The notes beneath the pieces were generated by a model. It did no database searches. It saw nothing but the letters and a program-made list of their open reading frames with translations, and had not been told where the DNA came from. Positions 19,750-28,091 of a DNA stretch of 64,000 nucleotides are shown piece by piece. The DNA is taken from NCBI GenBank assembly GCA_963812015.1, contig CAWETI010000003.1:1536001-1600000 (forward strand). The letters run 5' to 3'. Source of the DNA: an uncultured delta proteobacterium. Lineage in GTDB: Bacteria > Desulfobacterota > Desulfobaccia > Desulfobaccales > 0-14-0-80-60-11. The translations under genes were made by a program, and so were the position numbers. Position 1 is the stretch's first letter, and each line of letters begins with the position of its first letter.

Positions 19750-20955
19750 TTGACCGAAAAACCGGGCAGAATCCTGATTCGACTGCTCGTGGTGTTGGTT
19801 TGCCTTTCCCAACCGGCCTGGGGGGCCGGCGACGCCGTGGAAGTGCGCCGCCTGGGGTTAAGCAAGGTGGGGGAGAATACCCTCCTCACCGTGGTCCTGG
19901 ACCGGGCGGCGACCCCTCAGGTGACTTTTCGGGGCGTGTCGGGTAAACCACAACTGATCGTGGAATTTCCCGGGGCGCGTTCCGGGAGGCTTCCCAGCCA
20001 CCTGGAGGGCGATGAGCTGATGGTCCAGCAGGTTCTCACCGAAACCGTCTCCCCCGGGGGCGGGGTGCGCATCATCCTGGACCTCTTCCCCGAGAAACCC
20101 TACTCCTACTGGAAGCAGATTCGGCCCGGCAAAGGGGGGCAGTCATTTTTCATCTTGGGGGTAAAGCCCGACCTCAAGGCGCTCCCGGTCCAGGCGAAAG
20201 TCATCCCATCCTCGGAACCGGAGCCCGCCCCCGGAGCGCCGGAGCCCAGTGGGGGAGTTCGAGAGAATGATTTGGCGCCTGCGGCGCCGGAGGCGGCAGA
20301 CGAAGGGGGCGGCTATACGGAACCCCAGGGCAGCGTGGCCCCCGGCAGTTTTGCCGAGGTGCGCCGTTTGATGCCCAAGGCCGCCCAGTTGCTGCAAAGT
20401 CTGGAAACCGATGGCTGGACCGTGTCCGAGTCCAATCGGTACGATCGCCCGGGGCGGCGCTTGAGCCGCGATTTCATCCTCACCAACCGCAAGTATCCGG
20501 AATTGTCGGTGAAGATCGCCTACCTGCCGGCCAACCTCCCCAACACGCCCAACATCGGCATCATCATGTTGACCACGGACAATCTCCCCAGCGAGGCCGC
20601 CAAAGAATACCAGGGCTTGCGGCAGTGGAGTTTCGCCAAGATTAAGCAGAAATACGAAGATATCGGCGATTTCTTTGACGATGCCTTAAAACCCTTACGG
20701 GTGAAGTTGCGCGAGGAGACCAAGAGCATAGCCTTGCGCAACCCCGCGGTGTTCCAAAACTTCTTGAAGCTCTCCTGTCCGGACAATCCCCAGGTGGCGG
20801 ATCAGGTGATGAAGCTCGTGCAGCAGAAGGTCAGCCCCCGGTTTGAAGGGGTGCAGTACACCGTGTCGGAAAAGCCTCTGGTAATCTTGAATCTGGTGGA
20901 TTTTCTCTACGTGAAGGTCTATTTCCTGGATGCATCTCAAGGAGGAAGTTCATGA
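19750..20955 (+). CDS. Exported protein with N-terminal AMIN-like domain, Pro-rich linker and unknown C-terminal domain
   Basis: Signal peptide (..PAWG), PQLIVEFPGA and GVRIILDL AMIN-like motifs; TTG start. Confidence 0.7.
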   Translation: MTEKPGRILIRLLVVLVCLSQPAWGAGDAVEVRRLGLSKVGENTLLTVVLDRAATPQVTFRGVSGKPQLIVEFPGARSGRLPSHLEGDELMVQQVLTETVSPGGGVRIILDLFPEKPYSYWKQIRPGKGGQSFFILGVKPDLKALPVQAKVIPSSEPEPAPGAPEPSGGVRENDLAPAAPEAADEGGGYTEPQGSVAPGSFAEVRRLMPKAAQLLQSLETDGWTVSESNRYDRPGRRLSRDFILTNRKYPELSVKIAYLPANLPNTPNIGIIMLTTDNLPSEAAKEYQGLRQWSFAKIKQKYEDIGDFFDDALKPLRVKLREETKSIALRNPAVFQNFLKLSCPDNPQVADQVMKLVQQKVSPRFEGVQYTVSEKPLVILNLVDFLYVKVYFLDASQGGSS

Positions 20956-21176
20956 CCAAGGAGATCACCATCTTCGGCAAGCAGACCTGACCTTTTACCC
21001 TAAAGGCCCGGGAGGCTAAGACCAAAGAGGGGTTGACGGTCATTTATCGGGATGTCAAAGAGGACGCCCAGGCCCTGGAAGAGATGCTGCGGCTCACCCA
21101 GGGCAACCGGCGGGTGCCGGTCATGGTGGAGAATGACCAAATCAGCATCGGCTTTGGGGGCTCCTGAAGGGTATGA
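20952..21176 (+). CDS. Uxx-star family glutaredoxin-like selenoprotein with two Sec residues (74 aa)
   Basis: Manual translation MTKEITIFGKQT-U-PFTLKAREAKTKEGLTVIYRDVKEDAQALEEMLRLTQGNRRVPVMVENDQISIGFGGS-U-RV*; in-frame TGA at 20988 and 21165; Grx-like RRVPV and IGF motifs; GGAGG RBS; ATGA overlap. Confidence 0.85.
20991..21032 (+). promoter_or_regulatory. Candidate bacterial SECIS hairpin for the first UGA
   Basis: Apical stem GGCC/GGCT (21005-21017) with G-rich loop CGGGA about 19 nt after the UGA; weaker lower pairing CCTTT/AAAGAGG. Confidence 0.55.
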
Positions 21177-21180
21177 ACCA

Positions 21181-21195
21181 CCCGCAGGTTGCGGG
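21181..21195 (+). promoter_or_regulatory. Candidate bacterial SECIS hairpin for the second UGA
   Basis: Perfect stem CCCGCA/TGCGGG with loop GGT about 20 nt after the UGA at 21165; lies 3' of the stop codon. Confidence 0.65.
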
Positions 21196-21599
21196 ATTTG
21201 AGGATTGACTCGGAAGGCCAGGCCGGCGACTCAAGGTCAACGACCCGGCCTTTCCCCGTTTCGTGACATCACTTAACCTGGGCCGACCTTAAGGGCGGCA
21301 CGCCTTCAGCCCTGGGGCTATAATCAACCGCCACGTCTGCCTACCCCCTTGAGCCACCCTATCGCCACCTCAGAGCAGTTGCCAGACTGACCCTTCCCAC
21401 CGTTTCATGCCGCTTTTTGTAGGGACGCACCCACAGGTGCCCCCAGGTTCAATGCGTTCATTTTTAACTGCACCCCCGTATAACTTCCGCCGCGCCCGAG
21501 AAAGGCCTGGCCCCTGCCGGCCTGATCTGTCGCCGGCCGGGGCGGCTTAATCTAAAATATCTATAAACCCGAATGGTTATATGAAATCGTTTAACTTCC

Positions 21600-21864
21600 T
21601 GGGAATAAATGACGAATAAAAACCTGGGAAGGAGGGAAGGAGGAAGGTTCGCCTCGGAGAAGTGGAGGAAAGCAGATTAATTAAATATGGATAATTATTC
21701 GAAATAATTAATAAAAATATCACAATGTGCGCAGCCCCCAGAATAACTTAGGGTTGTGATAAAAACCCCCCACTTCAGATGAGAAAAGGCGATAAAAATG
21801 CATTAGGCACCCACTTATCTAAAATATTATCCACAAAACCTCAGGCGGTCGCCATTGCGAATAA
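21600..21864. promoter_or_regulatory. Cluster of DnaA boxes in an AT-rich intergenic region
   Basis: Perfect TTATCCACA at 21827-21835; one-mismatch boxes at 21600, 21686, 21755 and 21856. Confidence 0.5.
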
Positions 21865-21933
21865 TAGAACAATTACTAAAAACTAAAAATGACTGAAAAA
21901 CCAGTAGGTTAAATGAATTAGAAAAAAATTCTC

Positions 21934-21963
21934 TTGACAAGGCATATTTCCTTGGGGTATAGG
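21934..21963 (+). promoter_or_regulatory. Putative sigma-70 promoter for the leader / 3D-domain gene
   Basis: TTGACA-N18-TATAGG. Confidence 0.5.
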
Positions 21964-22027
21964 TAACCAACAATTACATAAGCCCACATGGGTGTGCGGC
22001 AGATAGTGTACTTCACCATTGGATTGA

Positions 22028-22184
22028 TGGGGATGGGAGCCTGAAACCGGACGGCCGCTGATGCCGGGGGAACGTTTCCTCCGGGTGCAACGGCTCGAGG
22101 CTGAAGGCGAAAAAGAACTATCGAAGCGATCCCGGGGCCAAGGCCCTACCAGTTTCCTGGCAATACCTGTCTCACTAGTCCCCA
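22028..22184 (+). ncRNA. Candidate structured leader RNA (divergent c-di-AMP/ydaO-like)
   Basis: Nested helices 22028-33/22179-84, 22043-50/22149-56 and 22064-78/22123-35; ordered ydaO-like motifs CCGCTGA, CCGGGGGAAC, GGGTGCAA, AGCGATCCCGG. Confidence 0.35.
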
Positions 22185-22228
22185 ACCATCCGTAAGATTT
22201 CTAGGGCGTCCCAAAGCGAGGGAGAACC

Positions 22229-22597
22229 ATGAGAAAAAAGGCGATGGTGGTATTTTGTCTCTTAGGGATGGGGATGTTTGCCTGTCCTCGACCTACCTTG
22301 TGCGTGACCATGACGATAGTTTCGGTAACGGCCTATCATCATTGCCCCGGCAGCAAAGGCATTACGTCTTCGGGGCGCCGGGTCCAAACCGGCATGATCG
22401 CCCTCAGCCGGGATTTGGAGCGGAACTTGAATATGGAGTTTGGCGATAAGGTATTACTCCACGGCATGGGAGTCTTTGAGTTTCAAGACCGCATGGCTCC
22501 CCGGTGGAACAAAAAGGTAGACGTCTACCTGGATTGCCAGGCGAAAGCCAGGCGCTTCGGAATGAAACACTACGTAGTCCTGGTCAAGCTGGTCTGA
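22229..22597 (+). CDS. 3D-domain (peptidoglycan-remodelling, MltA-related) exported protein
   Basis: Signal peptide; VTAY, GITSSG, IALSRD, QDRM, VDVY, ARRFG. Confidence 0.85.
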   Translation: MRKKAMVVFCLLGMGMFACPRPTLCVTMTIVSVTAYHHCPGSKGITSSGRRVQTGMIALSRDLERNLNMEFGDKVLLHGMGVFEFQDRMAPRWNKKVDVYLDCQAKARRFGMKHYVVLVKLV

Positions 22598-22606
22598 GAC
22601 GCCGCT

Positions 22607-23167
22607 TTACTTAACCCGCTCGATATAGCTGCCGGTGCGGGTATCCACCTTCACCCGTTCACCTTCGCTGATGAACAGAGGCACCTGGATAGTCACCCCG
22701 CTTTCCAGGGTGGCAGGCTTGGTGCCGCCCGCGGCGGTATCGCCTTTCATCCCGGGTTCGGCCTGGACCACCTCCAGCTCCACAAAGAGGGGCACCTCCA
22801 CCCCCACCGGCTGCTGGTTGAAAAACAGGATCTTCACGTCCAAATTATCCGTTAAGTAGAAACGTGCCTCCCCCACCTGGTCCTCGGTCAGCATGATCTG
22901 TTCATAGTTCTCATTGTCCATCATGCAGAACCTGTCCCCCTCCCGGTAGAGATATTGCATCTCACGTTCCACGAGGTCCGGACGCTTCGCTTTCTCGCCG
23001 GAACGAAAGGTTTGATCCAACACCTTCCCGGTGAGCAGGCTCTTCAGCTTAGTGCGCACAAAGGCCCCGCCTTTGCCCGGCTTGACGTGTTGAAAGTCCA
23101 CGATGGTGTAAGGCACGCCGTCCAGTTCGATCTTTACACCCTTTTTAAATTCTGCCGTAGAAATCAT
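22607..23167 (-). CDS. efp: Elongation factor P
   Basis: HVKPGKGGAFVRTKLK, KGDT, VPLFI motifs. Confidence 0.98.
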   Translation of the reverse strand: MISTAEFKKGVKIELDGVPYTIVDFQHVKPGKGGAFVRTKLKSLLTGKVLDQTFRSGEKAKRPDLVEREMQYLYREGDRFCMMDNENYEQIMLTEDQVGEARFYLTDNLDVKILFFNQQPVGVEVPLFVELEVVQAEPGMKGDTAAGGTKPATLESGVTIQVPLFISEGERVKVDTRTGSYIERVK

Positions 23168-23306
23168 AAGTTAAGTACCCTTTTTTGCGTGAGTTAAGGA
23201 GAATCGAGGCCTGTACCCCGGAAGCCCGGGGCTTGCCGCCCGGGCGGTCAGGAGGCCTCAAGAATATCCCGGAAATAACGTCAAGATGTCCTGAACGGGC
23301 AGAGGC

Positions 23307-23780
23307 TCATTCGTGTTGGGGGCCGGCTCCCTTCTTCCCAGATTCTTCCGCAGGTGGGCTGACCCAGTTGGATTTTCCGACTTGTCGTGCAGAAATGGCG
23401 TTGACCTTGGCCGGAGGCGCCGCCTCGCCTTTCCCGGACAGTTCGGCCCTTGAGGCCGGTTTATCCGGGGTGAATTGAAAGATGATTTCGTTCTTCTTGA
23501 CGAAATTGAGTTCCTGCCGGATGAGGTCCTGGATAAATGGCGGGTCGTGTTGCAGGCGGTCGATGGTGCGGGCCAGCCGGGCATTCTCCGCAGCCAGCCG
23601 GGCGTTCTCTTGCTCCAGCCGGACCCGCTCGTGCCCGAAGCGATAAACATAATACAAGCCCCGGTGGCTGAACAGGATTACCACCGCCATAACCGCTGCC
23701 ACGGTCAGGGCGATCCCCCCCAGGAACTTGTAGCCCCCTCCCACCTTCTGGGTTTCAACCGACACACTCGGTGAAGTCAT
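23307..23780 (-). CDS. ftsB: Septum formation initiator (FtsB/DivIC family)
   Basis: Single TM, coiled coil, IRQELNFVKKNEIIF; start placed at ATG 23780. Confidence 0.8.
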   Translation of the reverse strand: MTSPSVSVETQKVGGGYKFLGGIALTVAAVMAVVILFSHRGLYYVYRFGHERVRLEQENARLAAENARLARTIDRLQHDPPFIQDLIRQELNFVKKNEIIFQFTPDKPASRAELSGKGEAAPPAKVNAISARQVGKSNWVSPPAEESGKKGAGPQHE

Positions 23781-24066
23781 AGCTCCCCCCGCAAGACTTC
23801 TAAGCATAATTTTGCCTGAAAGACTATACAGATGCAAGCAAATTGCACCTATGGTACCTCAAAAATGTGAAAAAAATCCGGCGCCAGGCGCAAGATTTTC
23901 AGCCGGGGAGACAAATATCCCCTGAGGAGGTATCCCACCCCTGGATAGCTCATCCCCTGCATTGACCCCCTCTGATATTTTCCCCGCTCCCGTAAGGTTT
24001 GGATGAGGGCTCCCGGGTGCGGTGATTCCCGTCTCCGGGGCGATTACCGTTCCCCGGCGTGCGCTA

Positions 24067-24095
24067 TTGACAAGGTATAGGAAACATAATAGGGT
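24067..24095 (+). promoter_or_regulatory. Putative sigma-70 promoter
   Basis: TTGACA-N17-TAGGGT upstream of a GGAGG RBS and ATG 24122. Confidence 0.6.
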
Positions 24096-24121
24096 TTAGG
24101 CAAACATCCCTGGAGGAGACC

Positions 24122-25183
24122 ATGCTTGGTCTTACCCCCCTGGCTGCCACCGGCATCGGATCGGTGCCCTTCACCGACCCTGAAGAAACCGTGGCCCTTA
24201 TTTTAGAAACGCTGCCCCAGATACCCTACTGGCCCCAGATGGTCCAGTTGGGATATCTCGAGGAGATGGCGGCTCAGGCGGCCCGCGGGCTTCCCGCTTT
24301 ACAAGTCGATGTCGCCAACCGCACTGTGCGGATGGACCCTGACCTGCCCCGGGATGAGGCCCTGGCCAAATTTTATGAGGTCGTGCTGTCTGGCGATCTG
24401 GCTCCCTTTGCCTTTGAGGAGCAGGACGCTCGGGGGTTTTTCGGTCTTCTCCAGACGGTGGCCTCCCGGGGGTGCCCCGGGACGGCCCTCAAAGGCCAGT
24501 TGTCCGGGCCGGTGACCTTTGCCGGCGTCATCAAGGACGCCGAAGGCAAACCGATCCTCTATGACCGGGAGCTAACCCAGGCCGTGTGCGCCGGCCTGGC
24601 CCGCAAGGTGGCCTGGCAGGCCGAGCAATTCCGCCGTTTAGGAAAAGAGCCCATCGTCTTCCTGGATGAACCCTACCTCACGGGGTTCGGCTCGGCTTAT
24701 CTGCCCCTCTCGAAAGCTGAGGTGACCGAAATCTTGACCCAAACCCTGGAAGAGGCCCGGGAGGCCGCCGCCGGCCCCGTCACTCTGGGGGTCCATTGCT
24801 GCGGCAACACCGACTGGTCCCTGTTGCTCAATGCCCCCATTGACGTCCTCAGCTTTGATTCCTACGGCTATTTTGAGAGCCTCCGTCTCTATGCCCAGGG
24901 GATGTCGGACTACCTGGCCCGGGGTGGCTGGCTGGCCTGGGGTTTGGTCCCCACCAATGAGGACTTCCAGCCTGAAACCCCGGACAGCTTGTGGCAGCGT
25001 TTCCAGACCCAGGTCGCCCAGTTGGCTGAGGACGTGCACTGGGACCCAAAGCAGATCCTGTCACAGTCACTCCTGACTCCGGCTTGCGGCACGGGCTACA
25101 TGAGCCGGGAAGACGCCCGGGGGGTGCTGACCACCCTGGCGGCATTGCACGCCCGGGGACAGGAGTGGCTGGCGGCCCTCTAG
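24122..25183 (+). CDS. Core (folate-independent, MesB-like) methionine synthase
   Basis: Single barrel: TGIGSVP, YWPQ, LKGQLSGP, FLDEP, Zn ligands GVHCC and TPACG. Confidence 0.75.
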   Translation: MLGLTPLAATGIGSVPFTDPEETVALILETLPQIPYWPQMVQLGYLEEMAAQAARGLPALQVDVANRTVRMDPDLPRDEALAKFYEVVLSGDLAPFAFEEQDARGFFGLLQTVASRGCPGTALKGQLSGPVTFAGVIKDAEGKPILYDRELTQAVCAGLARKVAWQAEQFRRLGKEPIVFLDEPYLTGFGSAYLPLSKAEVTEILTQTLEEAREAAAGPVTLGVHCCGNTDWSLLLNAPIDVLSFDSYGYFESLRLYAQGMSDYLARGGWLAWGLVPTNEDFQPETPDSLWQRFQTQVAQLAEDVHWDPKQILSQSLLTPACGTGYMSREDARGVLTTLAALHARGQEWLAAL

Positions 25184-25396
25184 TGCTGTGATGCATAGGT
25201 GTTTGATAAAAATCGAGCCAGGTGAATGGAGGATGGGTTAAATCCCCCTGGAGAAAAATGAGGTCGAACCCCCGGTTTTGAATATCATATCAATGGTGAG
25301 ACGCCACACTAGCGGGGCCTGCCACCCGGCAAGACGCCCTGGAACCCGGACCGGCCCCTGACCGCCGGAAAAAATCACGGGAGAGGAAAGGCATAC

Positions 25397-25810
25397 ATGA
25401 AGGTCAAAGAGATCATGGTGAAAGAGGTGGCCACTTTGGACGTCAACGACGAACTCAGCCTGGCCAATGATATCATGCGATTGGGAAGGATACGGCATCT
25501 CCCGGTGGTGGATGGCACCCGGCTGGTGGGGATTGTCTCGGAGCGGGACCTGTTCCGCAGCTCCCTGGCCGAGGCCCTGGGTTACGCCTCCAAGGACACC
25601 CGGGATTTGATGAAAACCCTCCGCATCAAGGATGTCATGGTGACCGGGGTGATTACCATTCCTCCGGATACCAAACTCTGTGAAGCGACGAAAATGATGA
25701 TAGAGGAGAAAATCGGCTGCCTGCCGGTGGTGGAAGACAACCTGCTGGTGGGCCTGATTACGGAAACCGACATCCTGATGCAGTATGTAAAAGAATGCGA
25801 AAAGCGTTAG
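25397..25810 (+). CDS. CBS-pair domain protein
   Basis: IRHLPVVD..LVGIVSERD and IGCLPVV..LVGLITETD. Confidence 0.9.
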   Translation: MKVKEIMVKEVATLDVNDELSLANDIMRLGRIRHLPVVDGTRLVGIVSERDLFRSSLAEALGYASKDTRDLMKTLRIKDVMVTGVITIPPDTKLCEATKMMIEEKIGCLPVVEDNLLVGLITETDILMQYVKECEKR

Positions 25811-25844
25811 GTCGCCTCTCGCCCGGATCGTGGGGCGCAGGCAC

Positions 25845-25880
25845 AAAAGAAGCGGGCCTTAGGGCCCGCTTGCTTTTTTT
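25845..25880. terminator. Bidirectional intrinsic terminator between the CBS gene and ilvE
   Basis: AAAAG-AAGCGGGCC-TTAG-GGCCCGCTT-GC-T7 between convergent genes. Confidence 0.8.
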
Positions 25881-25907
25881 GAACCCGGCGCCGCGTTGCC
25901 GCCCCGG

Positions 25908-26825
25908 TTAAATATACGTCAGCCAATCCTGGTAGCGGGCATTCTGGCCCTTAACCACCGCGAAATAAGCCTCCTGGATCTTCTGGGTGATGGGGCCGGG
26001 GTGCCCCGGACCGATGACCCTGCCGTCCACTTCCCGGATGGGGGTGACTTCCGCCGCCGTGCCGGTAAGGAAGGCCTCGTCCGCCAGGTAAAGCTCATCC
26101 CGTGAAAACCGCTCATCCTTTACCGTCAGGCCCATGTCCTGGGCCATCGTGATGATGCAGTCCCGGGTGATGCCCGGCAGGATGGACGTCAAGGGGGGCG
26201 TCTTGATGATGCCGCCTTTGACGATGAAGATGTTTTCCCCGGAGGCCTCGCATACATACCCGGCGGTATCCAGCAGCAACGCCTCATCGTAGCCCGCATG
26301 CACGGCCTCGAGTTTGGCCATGATGGAGTTGACGTAGTTTCCCACGGTCTTGGTCTTGGTCATCATGATGTTGACGTGGTGCCGGGTGAAGGATGAGGTT
26401 TTGACTCGGATGCCCCGGTGCAGGCCCTCATCGCCCAGATAGGCGCCCCAGACCCAACTGATAATCGCCACCTGTATGGGGGCGCCCTTGGGGTGGAGCC
26501 CCATGACCCCTTCCCCTAAAAACACCAGGGGCCGGATATAGGCCTCCTTCTGCCCGTTGAGCCGCAGAATTTCGCAGCAGGCTGCCTCGACCTCATCCTG
26601 CTTGAAGGGAATGTCGATCATCGTGACATGGGCGGAATCGTACAGGCGCTGGATATGCTCCTTCAGCCGGAAAATGGCGGTGCGGCCATCGTGACATTGA
26701 TACGCCCGAATGCCTTCAAAAACTCCCAACCCGTAATGTAGGGTGTGCGTCAGGACGTGGACCTGGGCCTGCTCCCAGGGGATGAATTTGCCGTCGAACC
26801 AGATAAACTTGGCCTTTTCCACCAT
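25908..26825 (-). CDS. ilvE: Branched-chain amino acid aminotransferase
   Basis: [43 protein letters not shown]. Confidence 0.96.
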   Translation of the reverse strand: MVEKAKFIWFDGKFIPWEQAQVHVLTHTLHYGLGVFEGIRAYQCHDGRTAIFRLKEHIQRLYDSAHVTMIDIPFKQDEVEAACCEILRLNGQKEAYIRPLVFLGEGVMGLHPKGAPIQVAIISWVWGAYLGDEGLHRGIRVKTSSFTRHHVNIMMTKTKTVGNYVNSIMAKLEAVHAGYDEALLLDTAGYVCEASGENIFIVKGGIIKTPPLTSILPGITRDCIITMAQDMGLTVKDERFSRDELYLADEAFLTGTAAEVTPIREVDGRVIGPGHPGPITQKIQEAYFAVVKGQNARYQDWLTYI

Positions 26826-26992
26826 CTAGCGTACCTCCGGAAGACTTGCTGAAAATTTGTATCGTTTCAGGCCGCGGTTGTCAAACCCTATTTCCTCCGG
26901 TTTTCATTGCCTTGAGAACCACTTTTCCGGTATCATGGGCAAAACGGCGGGGCCGGTTGCGCCCGGCCTTATTCTTGGCTGCGGGTGCTTCT

Positions 26993-27937
26993 ATGAGCGA
27001 ACCGGTGAAAGTGGGCGTAATTGGCGTTGGTTATTTGGGCCGTTTCCACGCGGAAAAGTATGCTGCATTGGCCGAAACCGAGTTGGTGGGCGTGGCCGAC
27101 CTGAACCGAGATCAGGCCCGCAAGGTCGCCCACGCCGTGCAGACCCAGGACTTTGTCGACTACCGCGAGCTTCTGCCCCAGGTGGCGGCGGTGAGTGTGG
27201 CCGTCCCCACCTCCCAGCACTTTGCGGTGGTCCGGGACTGTCTGGCGGCCGGGTGCCAGGTGCTGGTGGAAAAGCCCATCACCGTCACCGTGGCCGAAGC
27301 CGACGAGCTGGTGCACCTGTCCCGGGAGCGGGGCCTCATCCTCATGGTGGGCCACCTGGAGCGGTTTAACTCCGCCATGGAAGAGCTCAAAAGCCGGGTG
27401 ACCCAGCCTCGGTTCATCGAGAGCCACCGCCTGTCGTTCTTCAAGGAGCGGGGCACCGACGTGGACGTAGTCCTTGATTTGATGATCCATGATCTGGATC
27501 ACGTCCTCACCCTGGTGCCGGCCCCCGTGACCGAGATTCGCGCCGCCGGCATCTGCGTCCTCACCGACCGGGTGGACCTGGCCAACGTCAGGCTGGAGTT
27601 CGGCGACGGCTGCATCGCCAACCTTACCGCCTCCCGCATGTCTTTCAAGAGTATGCGCAAGTTCCGCCTCTTCCAGCCCGATGCCTACCTGGCGGTGGAT
27701 TTTGAAAACCGGGAACTCACTGCCGCCTCCCGGAAGGAAGGGGCCATGGGGCCGCTGCCGGGGGTAGCCCTGGAAACCCGCCGGTTTTCCCAGGAAGACG
27801 TGCTGCTCAAAGAGATCGTGGCCTTTGTCCAGACCATCCAGGACGGCGGCGAAGCGCCCATCCCCGGCGAGGCCGGCCGGGCCGCCCTGGACCTGGCCCT
27901 GGAAATCAACGCCGCCATGAAATTAGCCAAGGGGTGA
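26993..27937 (+). CDS. Gfo/Idh/MocA oxidoreductase, GnnA-like (lipid A-associated)
   Basis: GVIGVGYLG, VEKP, VGHLERFN, DLMIHDLD, LTASR; directly upstream of lpxB. Confidence 0.85.
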   Translation: MSEPVKVGVIGVGYLGRFHAEKYAALAETELVGVADLNRDQARKVAHAVQTQDFVDYRELLPQVAAVSVAVPTSQHFAVVRDCLAAGCQVLVEKPITVTVAEADELVHLSRERGLILMVGHLERFNSAMEELKSRVTQPRFIESHRLSFFKERGTDVDVVLDLMIHDLDHVLTLVPAPVTEIRAAGICVLTDRVDLANVRLEFGDGCIANLTASRMSFKSMRKFRLFQPDAYLAVDFENRELTAASRKEGAMGPLPGVALETRRFSQEDVLLKEIVAFVQTIQDGGEAPIPGEAGRAALDLALEINAAMKLAKG

Positions 27938-27940
27938 AAA

Positions 27941-28091
27941 TTTGGGCGAAAAGGGGGAAAGGGAAAAAGGCGAAAAGGAAAATGCCAGGTTGTGCTTCGT
28001 GGATAGGGCAAATAGGTGCAAAGGGTAATATGAAGGGCAATACAATAAAAAATATTAACCCTTTTCGCCCTTTCGCCTTTTCCCCTTTTAA
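27941..28091. repeat. Long imperfect inverted repeat built from GGCGAAAA/GGGAAAA units
   Basis: Arms 27941-27983 and 28059-28091 are complementary and flank an AT-rich spacer; the right arm lies in the probable lpxB 5' end. Confidence 0.6.

Noticed and set aside
21174..21266. Read-through of the third TGA of the selenoprotein
   Set aside because: The Uxx-stop pattern is complete at 21176, the spacing to the hairpin is too short, and the extension has no recognisable features.
25181..25215. IS-end-like sequence after the methionine synthase stop
   Set aside because: No partner inverted repeat or transposase found; too little evidence.
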